DNA of 64,000 nucleotides from Poseidonia sp. (GTDB lineage Archaea > Thermoplasmatota > Poseidoniia > Poseidoniales > Poseidoniaceae), in contig JAYQVP010000002.1 in NCBI GenBank assembly GCA_038148515.1, positions 166,537 through 230,536 on the forward strand, written 5' to 3'. The position numbers and the translations under genes were made by a program. Positions 8,381 to 18,744 of this stretch are shown one piece after another. Position 1 is the stretch's first letter. Every line of letters begins with the position of its first letter. The notes beneath the pieces are model-generated. The model was given only the letters and a program-made list of their open reading frames with translations, was not told the origin of the DNA and searched no databases.

Positions 8381-10342
8381 TCAATCAAGCGATGCTTCAT
8401 CGGCAACGGCTTCGATGTCATCATCATACCACTTGACCGATTCCACCATCGTTGCTTCTTCGGCCTTGCTGATGATGAGGGCCCCGAGCACGATCAGCAT
8501 CAACACAAACAGACCGGCTGCGGGCACTGCCCATGCCGAGAGCGTTGCGAGGACACCGTCGCTCCCGCCCGCATTCTTGGCGTTCGCCGTGTCCATGAGC
8601 ATCACGTTCACCGAAATCAATGCTGAAGAGCTGTGGCCACCGCTGTCGTTGGCAGCCAAGCCACGAAGTGACAAGGTGTGGTTCCCCTCAACGTCAATGC
8701 CCGGGAGATGCTCGAGTTGATGCACGATCGTTTTGAGGTCAAGATAGGCGACAGCGTCGCCTTCATCGAAGGAATGGAGGTTTGACCAGTCGTCACGGAG
8801 GTGGTTGCTTCGCCACTGGACGGTGTCAAGATACCCGCTCAGTTCCACTTTGATGCTGTCACCGGGTGAAAGGTGGATCCGGTCGTCAATGCCCACAGAA
8901 GTGTCAACGGTAAGTGCGATGGTTGAGTCCAATTGGTAATCTCGCTGAGCGGCTTCCATCACCGCAGCCACCGCTTCAACATGACCGTGGCCGTACACGT
9001 TGTTCTGTCGGTTCTTCGGAATCAGATCCTCGCCACAGGGTTCGTTGGCCAACATGTAGTGGCATTCTCGGTAGGTTGCCGTTTCCTGTAGGATATTTCG
9101 AACGTCAAACGGTGACAGGTCCGGATTGGCCTGAAGCATGAGGGCGACGGTGCCAGCCACACCTGGCGTAGCCATGCTCGTTCCGCTCATTTGGGTGTAC
9201 TGGTCGCCAGTGTTGTGAGCCACGGAATTGACGTTAGAACCAACAAAAGCGATGTTGGGTTTGATACGGCCTTCCTCTGTCGGTCCTTGGCTGCTGTAAA
9301 CGGCAATAGCGGTGTTCTTGTCGAGTGCACCAACGGTGATCACATCCTCTGCTGACCCCGGTGTTCCGATTTGGGCTGAGGCGAAGGAATTTCCAGCAGC
9401 GATGAGCATGGTGATACCTGCTCGCACCATTTCGTTGGCATAGCGGTTCACGCTGTCCTCCTCCGAGGAGGTCCATTCAATGGGGCCGGGACCGCCCAGA
9501 CTCATGGAGGCGGCTCGAATGTTGAATTCGTAACGGTGGTCCACCGTCCACTGCATCCCAGCCATGACGGTGGCGAAGGAACCCGAGCCTCCGGCGTCGA
9601 GAACCTTCACACCCACAAGGTAGGCTTGTGGAGCCATACCGGGGTGTTCGTACGTAGGCGCTCCGGTTCCGGCCACGGTTCCGGCACAGTGCGAGCCATG
9701 CCCCTGATCGTCATAGGCTTGAATCTCTGTTCCGTTGGTTTTGTCGGGGTTGTTGACGGCATCGTAAAACGCAATGACCTTGGGATCGTTGGTGCTGTTA
9801 TCGTCGTCGAGATCGTCCAAGCCGACGTGGGTGCTATCAATACCCGTATCAATGACGGCAACGGTGACGCCGGAGCCATCGTACCCCGTTTGTTGGCGAG
9901 CGATGTCAACTTCATGGATGACAGCAGCGTCACCGTTCTGAACGGTGAAGATGCCGTCCAATTCCAACATCACGACGCCTGGCAGCGCCGTGGTTTCCAA
10001 CACCATGTTGTGCGGAATTCGGCCTGCAACGGCGTTGATGAGGGGCAGATGCCACTGGTGGACATAACCCACCTCGCGCTCGAGCATGGCGACGTCGTCG
10101 AGGGTTGGCGTGTGGTCAAAATCGACGATCAGCGGGAGCGATTGATCCTCATCCAGGAACAGCGGATGGTCGTGATACTTCTCCACCATGTCTCCGATAC
10201 CGTTTTGATTTCGGTCGACGGTTGTCGATACCCACCAACCGTCTTCGGCCTCTACAGTCTCGGAGGATACGGGGACTGCGAACATGAGGGCAGGTGCTAC
10301 CATGCAAAAAAGACAGAAGAAACTTAACAATCGTTGATTCAT
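8381..10342 (-). CDS. subtilisin-like serine protease (S8, halolysin-like) with C-terminal membrane anchor
   Basis: Signal peptide and propeptide. Catalytic triad motifs 'VAVIDTGID', 'HGSHCAGTVAG' and 'GTSMATPGVAG'. C-terminal 'PAAGLFVLMLIVLGALIISK' TM plus an acidic tail. Confidence 0.85.
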   Translation of the reverse strand: MNQRLLSFFCLFCMVAPALMFAVPVSSETVEAEDGWWVSTTVDRNQNGIGDMVEKYHDHPLFLDEDQSLPLIVDFDHTPTLDDVAMLEREVGYVHQWHLPLINAVAGRIPHNMVLETTALPGVVMLELDGIFTVQNGDAAVIHEVDIARQQTGYDGSGVTVAVIDTGIDSTHVGLDDLDDDNSTNDPKVIAFYDAVNNPDKTNGTEIQAYDDQGHGSHCAGTVAGTGAPTYEHPGMAPQAYLVGVKVLDAGGSGSFATVMAGMQWTVDHRYEFNIRAASMSLGGPGPIEWTSSEEDSVNRYANEMVRAGITMLIAAGNSFASAQIGTPGSAEDVITVGALDKNTAIAVYSSQGPTEEGRIKPNIAFVGSNVNSVAHNTGDQYTQMSGTSMATPGVAGTVALMLQANPDLSPFDVRNILQETATYRECHYMLANEPCGEDLIPKNRQNNVYGHGHVEAVAAVMEAAQRDYQLDSTIALTVDTSVGIDDRIHLSPGDSIKVELSGYLDTVQWRSNHLRDDWSNLHSFDEGDAVAYLDLKTIVHQLEHLPGIDVEGNHTLSLRGLAANDSGGHSSSALISVNVMLMDTANAKNAGGSDGVLATLSAWAVPAAGLFVLMLIVLGALIISKAEEATMVESVKWYDDDIEAVADEASLD

Positions 10343-10469
10343 TGAACCAGCCCGTTGATTCCCACGCGGACGGGGGCTTTCAATTCATTGATGCGAGGTT
10401 CCGTAGCACAAAGCGAATGAGCAAATCACGACCACATGTATGAATAACGGGTAAAGACTTATTTTCGCC

Positions 10470-13400
10470 ATGTTCGTATTTTCTATGATTACCATGGTCG
10501 CTCCGCAACGAAGCACTCGCCGAATGTCGCCCCATAACCCGGCTTCGCCTTCGCCCCCGATGCAAGGTTCGCTCAGTCTGAATTCAACTTCACCCGCACC
10601 AGCAGTGACAATGGTAGCACCGGATGCAGCAAAGGTTGCTCATGACCTATGGATGATGAAACTCTCCCAAATTGTCATGCTCGGCATTGGCTTTTTGGCG
10701 ATATGGGGCGGCGTATTCAGCGTTGCATTTGACGAAAATGCGACGAACGATAATTTTCTCGTGCTGTTCGTCGGCGGTGTGGCATCGTTCCTCGTCTCGA
10801 TTGGCTTTATAGAACTTCAAAGTAAAAACAACGACCGCCATTTGTACGACGTGCAAAATTACGCCCTCGGCACCGCCTTCTTTTTCTCCACGGTCGGTGT
10901 TTTGTGGGGTACACGGTATCTGATGGGCGTCGCAACGGGAACGCTGGAATGGACCGTGTTTGGCGACCCCGCACTGTACACCGAATCGGACTGGTCGCCC
11001 AATGCCAACGGCATTTACGCCCAAACAGCGACCGCCCTCTTGCTCACCTACGGTCATTTCCGCCTGCTCAACCGATACAAAGGCGACACGAGTTTCGGCT
11101 GGGGTGTCGCCACCTACGCCCCCATGGCTATTTTGCTGGCCGGCGTTGGACCGTGGATTTCATGGTCGAACAACGTCGTCAGTTGGGAACTTGGCATCGG
11201 AATTTTGGTCATGACTTGGTTGAGTTTGGAGATGTCCCTCCGCTCAAACCGAGCGCTCAACTTTGTGGTCATTGCGTTCACTGCGGGTCTTGTTCCCATC
11301 GTTTACGAGCTCCTCAATACCGAGGCACCAACGGGTGGCGAGGGTGGTGCCTTGTCCTTGCTTGTGTTCATCGTCGCCATGCAAGGGGCCTACGCAGCAC
11401 GAACCGACCTCCGGAAAGAGGTGATGGAGCGCGCCTCGTTGCTTTTGGTGGGTCAAGTCGTTCTCGCCATGGCTCTGGTGCGAAACATGGACTACAACCT
11501 GATTCTGGGCCCGTTGCGTTTTGCTGAACATGAAGCCCTTGCCCCCTATGTCGACATCGCCGTTGCACTGTGGTGCACGTTGCTGTTGGCGTATTTCCCA
11601 GCAGTGGTCCAGCAACGTGTGCCGTGGATGCCCGTCGGACTCGCCGTTGCGCTGTTCGTCATTCCCACCGAGACTTCAACGGTGCCTTGGGTGTTGGCGA
11701 TGGTGATGTTGCCCTACATGGTCTTCGTTTCAAAGGTGGCGCGTGCGTGGGTCGTCAACCTCACCCTGCTGGCGTTTAGTGCCGCCTACCTCTTGACGGA
11801 TTGGCTCGCCATCCTGCAAGATACTTCAACGAAGGACGCCTTCGGTGGCACCTACCTTCACATTGCCATCCCGTTGTTCATCATCGCCATGGCCGAGGGC
11901 GCTCGCATGAGTGACAAGGTCCGAATGAGCACCACCCTCGGCATGTTGGCCGCTGTGATTTTGTCCCGAGCCATCCTCGATCCCGAGTGGTACCTCCCGT
12001 GGTTGCTCGTCGCCTACATGATCGTAGCCAATCTCAGGGTGCTGAATGCACACGACGGTTCCATGGTCCATCGTAAAGAGGCGACACTCTCTCTCGGCTT
12101 TACCGGTCTGACCGTGCTCGTTCTCGGGGTTTGGGACAAATTGCAATGGCCGCCTTATGAGGCACTGGCGTGGATGAACAGCGATGGGTTCAGGCCTCAA
12201 TTGTTGCTCCTCAGCTTGATCATGTACGTCCTCTCACAACGAGGAAAACAATCGGAATACGATCTCGGGAGCGTATTGGCTTGGCTCTCGACAGGCGGAG
12301 AGAACGGTCCAACCTATGACCAAACGACCGGGGTGTGGGTGGTTCAAGCACAATCAGATGAGGATATTGAAGAACGAATCAACGAAGGGGAATGGACGCC
12401 CCTCGCACGCGTGTCCATGCTTGCATCGCTGACCTTGTTTTCATTGTCCGTCAGTGCCCTCAACGACAGTGTATGGAGCGAACGCCCGTACATCAGTTTG
12501 GTCATGGTTCTTCCCGTGATTATGCTGGTTCGAGAATTGGTGAGTATGGACAGGATGACATCAAAATCCAGGGCCACGGCGGTCGGTATGCTGGTGTTTT
12601 TGGCTGCACCACTCTCCATCACGTTGAGCGAGACCTCACACAACGTGTTCCTTGCAACCGTGCTGTTGGATGCAATTCTCGTCACCGCACCACTCTCAGT
12701 GAACGCCTACATCGGCCGCAGGGGGTTGGACGAAGAGGGTTTGGATGCCTCGGCTGACCAAGTCATGTATGCTCTTCTCTTGGTGCTCGCCCTGCTGGAC
12801 ACCTCCGGTGGGTTGTTGTTCTTGCCCATCATGACCTTGGTCGCCGCACGTACGCTCATGCACCGTCACTATGGCTTAACAGTGGCCGTCCCGTTGGTGT
12901 GGATTTTAGGCGATGACTGGTGGCGCTCCGGCTTGATGAATGAGGTGCTGACTCGCCTGCCAGAGGATCTCACGGCCTTCTTGGTCGACTACCACCTCGG
13001 CGCCTTCCCGGCTTTTGTTGGCATGTTGGTGATGGCTCACATGGGGATGACCCTGTTGGTCATGAACACAGATCGTGAAAAGGAACCGGGCGCAGCCGAG
13101 GTCTTTGCCCTCATTTGGTTTGCATTGGGCATGCTCTCCGTCTTACCAGATGGGTACTGGATTCCAACCATCTTCACTTCAGCCTTGATGGCCTATGTGT
13201 GGTACACCGAAAAAGCGCAAACGCTTCCTTATCTCTTGTGGGCGATGTTCTTTTCGTTGTACCTCGGGTTCGCTGAAAGTGAGGCATTTCCCTCTCTGTC
13301 CGACGGTGATGCAGGCGGCTGGAGCGGTCTGCTCGCCGGCGTATTGGGGCTTGGCATCAGTCTGGCCAACACCCAAGGTTGGCTGTTTCGAAACGCACCT

Positions 13401-14555
13401 GAGGACGACGAACAGAAATCCATGCAGGCTGCCACTTCAGTTCTTGCCCTGCAGTTTGCGGGCGTGTTGATGTTGCTTTCCTTCAATGTGGCCTACGGGG
13501 TGGGCCCCTTGTTCGGTCTAGCCCTTGTCGCGTGGTCGGTCATGAGTAAAGGAGAGGTCAACGGCTTGCTGATCTTCCCTCCTTTGTTCATGGCCAGCGT
13601 CATCAACGTGATGAATCAAGGAGGGTGGGGCGCCGAAGACCATCGGTTCATGGTCGGTGGTGCTGTATTGATGCTTCAGGGCATGGTCATAACCTGGTTG
13701 TCAACCAAGGACGACGCACTGTACGACTGGGACAAACACGAATGGGAAAACGATGAGGCATTTTTCTCCTTCATGGACCGTCTTGGTATGATCAGCGTGT
13801 TTTACACGCTGATTGGCCTGTTCATGATATTCGCCCAAGCCAGCCTCGAATCCGTGGCTTATCTGTTGATGACCGTGTACCTCATCGTCCTCGGCATTCA
13901 AGGGTTTGACGAGCGGTTCGATGCACGTTGGCGCCGTGGCATCGGAGGATATGGTTCCATCTTGATGGCGTTCATCTTCTCAGGAAGTCTCGACAGCAAC
14001 ATCTTCCGGGCTGTCTCGATGGTGATGGCGGGAATTGTTGCCCTCGGGTTTGGATTCCTGTTCATGCAACGCATGAATGAGGACGATGCCATCTATGTCG
14101 ATTCAACCTCACCCGTTGAATCACACCCGCTGTCATCACCCACGACCGAAGAGCATGGTGATGTCGTCGAACAGGATGACGCAACCATGGAGTCGGACAT
14201 TGAGGACATGGAGGCACTCGACGACGACACGGAGGGTATGAACGACATGGCTGCGACACCCGCTGCGCAAACAACAGAACATGAGATTCGAGTGGAAGAT
14301 GGAGATGACAGCAACAACCTGATGGAGCACGCGCATGAAGAGCAGGAAACCACATCGACCATATCCGCACCTTCTCATTCAGGATTGTTGGCAACGGACC
14401 AAGGCTTCTCGGTTCGCTTGCCCGAAGACGCAGTGAACTCCATTCTTGCCGCTCTGGAAACAACGCCTTACGATGGCTTTGTGCCAGTCGTGGCGTTCGG
14501 ACCGTCCGGTCAAATCATGTTGACCTTTGAAACCGGTGATGGCCAGAGCAGTTGA
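10470..14555 (+). CDS. very large polytopic integral membrane protein (>30 predicted TM helices), function unknown
   Basis: 1361-aa ORF with uniform coding character, a continuous succession of hydrophobic helices, and an acidic C-terminal soluble region. The N-terminal start is uncertain. Confidence 0.7.
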   Translation: MFVFSMITMVAPQRSTRRMSPHNPASPSPPMQGSLSLNSTSPAPAVTMVAPDAAKVAHDLWMMKLSQIVMLGIGFLAIWGGVFSVAFDENATNDNFLVLFVGGVASFLVSIGFIELQSKNNDRHLYDVQNYALGTAFFFSTVGVLWGTRYLMGVATGTLEWTVFGDPALYTESDWSPNANGIYAQTATALLLTYGHFRLLNRYKGDTSFGWGVATYAPMAILLAGVGPWISWSNNVVSWELGIGILVMTWLSLEMSLRSNRALNFVVIAFTAGLVPIVYELLNTEAPTGGEGGALSLLVFIVAMQGAYAARTDLRKEVMERASLLLVGQVVLAMALVRNMDYNLILGPLRFAEHEALAPYVDIAVALWCTLLLAYFPAVVQQRVPWMPVGLAVALFVIPTETSTVPWVLAMVMLPYMVFVSKVARAWVVNLTLLAFSAAYLLTDWLAILQDTSTKDAFGGTYLHIAIPLFIIAMAEGARMSDKVRMSTTLGMLAAVILSRAILDPEWYLPWLLVAYMIVANLRVLNAHDGSMVHRKEATLSLGFTGLTVLVLGVWDKLQWPPYEALAWMNSDGFRPQLLLLSLIMYVLSQRGKQSEYDLGSVLAWLSTGGENGPTYDQTTGVWVVQAQSDEDIEERINEGEWTPLARVSMLASLTLFSLSVSALNDSVWSERPYISLVMVLPVIMLVRELVSMDRMTSKSRATAVGMLVFLAAPLSITLSETSHNVFLATVLLDAILVTAPLSVNAYIGRRGLDEEGLDASADQVMYALLLVLALLDTSGGLLFLPIMTLVAARTLMHRHYGLTVAVPLVWILGDDWWRSGLMNEVLTRLPEDLTAFLVDYHLGAFPAFVGMLVMAHMGMTLLVMNTDREKEPGAAEVFALIWFALGMLSVLPDGYWIPTIFTSALMAYVWYTEKAQTLPYLLWAMFFSLYLGFAESEAFPSLSDGDAGGWSGLLAGVLGLGISLANTQGWLFRNAPEDDEQKSMQAATSVLALQFAGVLMLLSFNVAYGVGPLFGLALVAWSVMSKGEVNGLLIFPPLFMASVINVMNQGGWGAEDHRFMVGGAVLMLQGMVITWLSTKDDALYDWDKHEWENDEAFFSFMDRLGMISVFYTLIGLFMIFAQASLESVAYLLMTVYLIVLGIQGFDERFDARWRRGIGGYGSILMAFIFSGSLDSNIFRAVSMVMAGIVALGFGFLFMQRMNEDDAIYVDSTSPVESHPLSSPTTEEHGDVVEQDDATMESDIEDMEALDDDTEGMNDMAATPAAQTTEHEIRVEDGDDSNNLMEHAHEEQETTSTISAPSHSGLLATDQGFSVRLPEDAVNSILAALETTPYDGFVPVVAFGPSGQIMLTFETGDGQSS

Positions 14556-15151
14556 TTCCGAACAAGACGAAGAACCAAAGCCATATGGACCAACGCAACG
14601 CCATGGACGCCAAATCACTTCGAATGGTCTGGATCGATTTGGAAATGACGGGGTTGGACATCGAACACGATTCCATCATCGAAATCGCCACCGTCGTCAC
14701 CGACGGTGAATTGAACATCCTTGCCGAGGGCCCTAACCTCGCCGTGAGAGTCCCTCAGGAGATGATCGACGGTATGGACGAGTGGAATACACGTCATCAT
14801 CACGGCAGTGGACTGGTCGACCGCATCAAGGCTGAGGGCGTGAGTCCGGAAGAGGCTGAGCGAGCCACCTTGGACTTCCTCATGGCCTGGGTGCATCGCG
14901 ACCAAGCCCCCTTGTGCGGCAACAGTGTGTGGAACGACCGACAATTCCTCGCCAAGGAAATGCCGAACATCCTCGACTACCTGAACTATCGAATGGTAGA
15001 TGTTTCAAGCATTAAGGAAGTGGCTCGACGCTGGTATCCCGATGTTGCACGTTATCCAAAACGGGCGGCGCATGTGGCGCTTGACGATATTTTGGAATCC
15101 ATTGAGGAGCTCAAATATTACCGAGAACAGGTGTTCAAGGCTCAAGAATGA
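14552..15151 (+). CDS. orn: oligoribonuclease (DEDDh 3'-5' exonuclease, Orn-like)
   Basis: 'WIDLEMTGLD', 'HHHGSGLVDR' and 'CGNSVWNDRQFL' match Orn/DnaQ-like exonuclease motifs. A 4-nt overlap joins it to the preceding membrane protein; the true start may be the internal 'MDAKSL'. Confidence 0.8.
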   Translation: MIPNKTKNQSHMDQRNAMDAKSLRMVWIDLEMTGLDIEHDSIIEIATVVTDGELNILAEGPNLAVRVPQEMIDGMDEWNTRHHHGSGLVDRIKAEGVSPEEAERATLDFLMAWVHRDQAPLCGNSVWNDRQFLAKEMPNILDYLNYRMVDVSSIKEVARRWYPDVARYPKRAAHVALDDILESIEELKYYREQVFKAQE

Positions 15152-16011
15152 CGCCAGTTTGGTGCTGTGGGGTCAACTCGAGTATGGGACGCCATGATTT
15201 GAGCGGCAACGGCAACGGCAATTTCTTCGGGCGTCTCCGCACCGATGTTCAGGCCGATTGGGCAAACAACCTGGTTGAGAAGGGAGGCTTCAACGCCTTG
15301 CTCGAGGCAATGCGCTTCAAAGGCTTGCCACTTTGAACGGCTGCCAATAACACCGATTCGGGGAGCGGTTTCACCATCGAGAGAAGGTGTGCCGGCAACC
15401 GCTTGAAGCAGCAACAACAACCGCTGCTGATCTTCAGACCAGTCATGCCCCAGCAGAAGCACATCGGAGAAGAACGACAGGTCGTTGGCGATGAGGGCGG
15501 TCATAAATTCATCAACGGGCCCTGTTGAACACTGCTGGGCGTGAGGATAGCGCTCCTTGGTAGCGAATTCGGGACGGGTGTCGTGAACGGAATGTGCCCA
15601 TCCCAAACCGTGAATCGTTTGTGCGAGGGCCTCTCCACAGTGTCCACCCCCCAACAACAACACGTGCGGCATGGGCGTCATCACCTCAATGGAGATCGTC
15701 ACTCGACCTCCACACAGCGAATCAAGCGGTGTTACTTCATAGCCCTTCGCCCCTTTGTTCAATCCGTAGGTAACAACTTCGGCTGTGGGCCGGTGCGAAG
15801 TTTTCAACAGTTCTTCGCAACGAACGAGAACGAGGTGCTCCAACCCCGCCCCCCCAACGGTTCCCTTCCAAGCGTGCTGATGGGACGACATGGCCAATCG
15901 AGCACCGGTTTTACCGGGCACGCTTCCAGACGTTGTCAGCACCGTAGCGAGAACAACACAACGGCGCAAAGCCAACTCGCTCAACGCCCAACGGAGGACA
16001 TGAGCGGTCAT
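15142..16011 (-). CDS. xdhC: XdhC/CoxI-family molybdoenzyme maturation protein
   Basis: Rossmann-like 'VLLLGGGHCGEALAQTIHGLGW' and an XdhC N-terminal domain. Start set at internal 'MTAHVLRW' (16011) instead of the ORF-track start at 16080. Confidence 0.7.
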   Translation of the reverse strand: MTAHVLRWALSELALRRCVVLATVLTTSGSVPGKTGARLAMSSHQHAWKGTVGGAGLEHLVLVRCEELLKTSHRPTAEVVTYGLNKGAKGYEVTPLDSLCGGRVTISIEVMTPMPHVLLLGGGHCGEALAQTIHGLGWAHSVHDTRPEFATKERYPHAQQCSTGPVDEFMTALIANDLSFFSDVLLLGHDWSEDQQRLLLLLQAVAGTPSLDGETAPRIGVIGSRSKWQAFEAHCLEQGVEASLLNQVVCPIGLNIGAETPEEIAVAVAAQIMASHTRVDPTAPNWRHS

Positions 16012-16033
16012 GACCCGTGGTCGAGGGGGGCCC

Positions 16034-16651
16034 TCATATCCCTTCGCCTTGCTTGGCATAGGTGACAAAATCGGCTTCAACCTCTTTGAGGAGACTGAGG
16101 TCTTCAGGCCGGTCCACGTTGAGGTGAAGCCATGGAGCGTTGACTAAAACTGGTGAAAACGTCAAGAGGTCCCTCAACGGTTGGTCGGGGCCGGCCTTCA
16201 TGACGGACGATATGCCGTCGCGAGTGAGCAGGATTGGATGTCCCTGACGGCCTGCGCTTCGGGGAGCCACGCAGCCGTCATGAGCAAGAAGCGTGTGAAG
16301 CGTTTCCACAGACCAACCTGGTCGGTCCACGGGAGCCATGACAACGCGTTGGTCCGTGGCGTGAAGGTATGGTTGTAAGGAACGAAGCCCGCATTGCAGG
16401 GAACCGGTTCGGCCAGCCTCGGGTTGTTCATTCACCACGACAAGCGCCATGTGGCCAACCCGCTTCCGAACAGCTGTCGCCAAGTCAGGTCGAGTCACAA
16501 CCAAAACCGGTTCGCAACCAGCTACACGGAGTTGTTCAACCGCATGTTCAACCAGCGTTCGACCCCCCCAATTAACCAGGGCCTTTGGTTGACCCAAGCG
16601 TTCACTGCGCCCCGCCGCAAGAACGATGGCTGGGGTCAAACCGTTTGCCAT
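16034..16651 (-). CDS. molybdenum cofactor nucleotidyltransferase (MocA/MobA-like)
   Basis: 'AIVLAAGRSERLGQPKALVNWGGRTLVEH' is the MobA/MocA glycine-rich NTP-binding motif. It is adjacent to xdhC. Confidence 0.75.
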   Translation of the reverse strand: MANGLTPAIVLAAGRSERLGQPKALVNWGGRTLVEHAVEQLRVAGCEPVLVVTRPDLATAVRKRVGHMALVVVNEQPEAGRTGSLQCGLRSLQPYLHATDQRVVMAPVDRPGWSVETLHTLLAHDGCVAPRSAGRQGHPILLTRDGISSVMKAGPDQPLRDLLTFSPVLVNAPWLHLNVDRPEDLSLLKEVEADFVTYAKQGEGI

Positions 16652-16656
16652 GGCTT

Positions 16657-17538
16657 ATGAACGAGGTGAGGGCCTTGGTCATTGTGCTTCAGGGCCTTCA
16701 TATACGGTCGGCAGACATGACACCCATGCAAGAATGGCAACCACCCGGACACTGGTCGGCCGAGCGCCGCTCTGCATATCAGCGTTCGATGGCGTTCTTG
16801 AGAACCATCGTGGAACAATCCGGCTCGATGGAACTGCACCCCAACAAACACCGACTTCCAACCGTTTTGATCCAAGGTCATTCACGCCGTTGGTATCGCA
16901 TCGATGCTGAGCCGAGTTTTGAAGAGGTTCACTTCGATGGGTTCGGCATCGTCATGGATGTCAGCAATTGGAACCTGCCGGTGACGGGCGGCGCATGGAA
17001 AACCGATGTGTTGAACGAAACATCCCACGCCGTCTCGATTTGCATCCATCCGAGAGCCGAATCAAGGGACCTTCCCATTGGCGACAGGCTTGCTGCCCTC
17101 GCCCTTTCGCTCATGAATGACAAGAAAACGGGCATGCGAATTCCCTTGCTCGCGCAATTTATCGTTAGCCCGCGCAAACATCTTGCGGAGGTTTGGCAAT
17201 TCAGCCAAGAAGGGGTGGTCCTTGAGGAAGATATCTACTATGGCGAAGACCTCATGGCGCAAGAGGAGGATGAACTGGATGATATCGCATCGTTGGACCT
17301 CGCATGGGAACAACTCGATTCGTGGTTGGAGGATGCTGGCCCCATTGACGAACTCGTTGAGCACAACGCTTTCAACCACTGGTGTGCCAATCTCGAAGAC
17401 AGAGCCAACGCTACCAATGAAGAGATGGAAGGCGCATTCCACGACGATAAAACCTTCAGAAACGATGAACCGTGGCATCACAACGAGGATGAAGTGTGGC
17501 GCCTTGAGGATGACCTACGATCGAAGGCAAAATCCTGA
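16657..17538 (+). CDS. hypothetical acidic protein
   Basis: Long ORF divergent from mocA. The ATG at 16657 is preferred over the TTG at 16585, which would overlap mocA. No recognisable motif. Confidence 0.5.
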   Translation: MNEVRALVIVLQGLHIRSADMTPMQEWQPPGHWSAERRSAYQRSMAFLRTIVEQSGSMELHPNKHRLPTVLIQGHSRRWYRIDAEPSFEEVHFDGFGIVMDVSNWNLPVTGGAWKTDVLNETSHAVSICIHPRAESRDLPIGDRLAALALSLMNDKKTGMRIPLLAQFIVSPRKHLAEVWQFSQEGVVLEEDIYYGEDLMAQEEDELDDIASLDLAWEQLDSWLEDAGPIDELVEHNAFNHWCANLEDRANATNEEMEGAFHDDKTFRNDEPWHHNEDEVWRLEDDLRSKAKS

Positions 17539-17539
17539 A

Positions 17540-18688
17540 TCACAGGTCCTTCGTGATCTCTCGACCGATGATCATGCGTTGTACTTGCGAGGAACCTTCG
17601 TAGATTTGCATGACTTTGGCTCCCCGCATCAAACGGGCAACGGGGTATTCTTCTGAATAGCCGTAGCCGCCGTAGACCTGTACGGCATCTGTCGTCACCT
17701 GCATGGCCATGTCCGAAGCAAAGCGTTTCGCGTGGGCTGCAGATTCAGTGTTTCGGACACCGTTGTCAAATTCAGAAGCCGATTTCCACGTCAGCAATCG
17801 AGCGGCCTCGATGTTGGTCTTCATGTCGGCCAGCATGAACTGAATGGCTTGGTGCTGGTGCAACGGGCGGCCAAAGGTCTGGCGTTCGTTGGCGTATTGA
17901 AGGGCGTGCTCGTACGCTGCTCGTGCCAACCCGGTAGCGTGAGCGGCAATGTTGGGGCGGCTCATATCAAAGGCTTTCATTGCGTTCATCCAGCCCCCCG
18001 ATTCCGAACCGCCGATAAGATGGTCGGCCGGAACCCGGACATCGTCAAAGGTGATCGAGCGAGTATCGGAGCAGCGCTGTCCCATGTTCGTCTCCTTTTT
18101 CCCGAGGGAAAATCCGGGCGTATCTTTCTCCACCACAAAACCCGACATGCCGCGGTAGCCTGCATCAGGATCCGTTTTGGCGAGAACAAAGAAGAAGTCG
18201 GCGTGTCCGGCGCCGGTGATCCACATTTTTGAACCGTTGATGACGTATTCATCGCCGTCACGAAGTGCCGTGGTTTGGCACGCAGCCACGTCCGATCCCG
18301 CACCGGGTTCGGTCACGGCGTACGATGCGAGAGCACCCTCCTCGGCGATTTTTCCCAACCACCTCTCCTTCTGTTCATCCGTTGCGCCGGTGATGATCGG
18401 GGCGGAAGCAAGGGCGGTAGCGTATGCGGCGGTGGCAAACCCGGGGTCGCCCCACGCCAATTCTTCGTTGACCAGGACTTCCTCAAAGGAACCAAGGCCG
18501 GCACCACCGTATGCTTCGGGAATGTGAAGATTCAACAAGCCCATCTCGTGGGCTGCTTGAATGGTTTCTTTTGGATAGTGGGATGTTTCGTCCCAGTGCT
18601 CGGCATTGGGCCGCACTTCATCGACGACAAACTCGTGTGCGAGTTCCTTGAGCATGGACTGCATTTCATCCAGTTGGAAGTTCACCAT
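17540..18688 (-). CDS. acyl-CoA dehydrogenase
   Basis: 382 aa. 'YGGYGYSEEYPVARLMRGAKVMQIYEGSSQVQRMIIGREI' is the ACAD C-terminal signature. Confidence 0.85.
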   Translation of the reverse strand: MVNFQLDEMQSMLKELAHEFVVDEVRPNAEHWDETSHYPKETIQAAHEMGLLNLHIPEAYGGAGLGSFEEVLVNEELAWGDPGFATAAYATALASAPIITGATDEQKERWLGKIAEEGALASYAVTEPGAGSDVAACQTTALRDGDEYVINGSKMWITGAGHADFFFVLAKTDPDAGYRGMSGFVVEKDTPGFSLGKKETNMGQRCSDTRSITFDDVRVPADHLIGGSESGGWMNAMKAFDMSRPNIAAHATGLARAAYEHALQYANERQTFGRPLHQHQAIQFMLADMKTNIEAARLLTWKSASEFDNGVRNTESAAHAKRFASDMAMQVTTDAVQVYGGYGYSEEYPVARLMRGAKVMQIYEGSSQVQRMIIGREITKDL

Positions 18689-18744
18689 GCAACGGCCATG
18701 CGTCGCTCCCTTAAGAGCGATTACATGAAGCGATGATGAGATGT

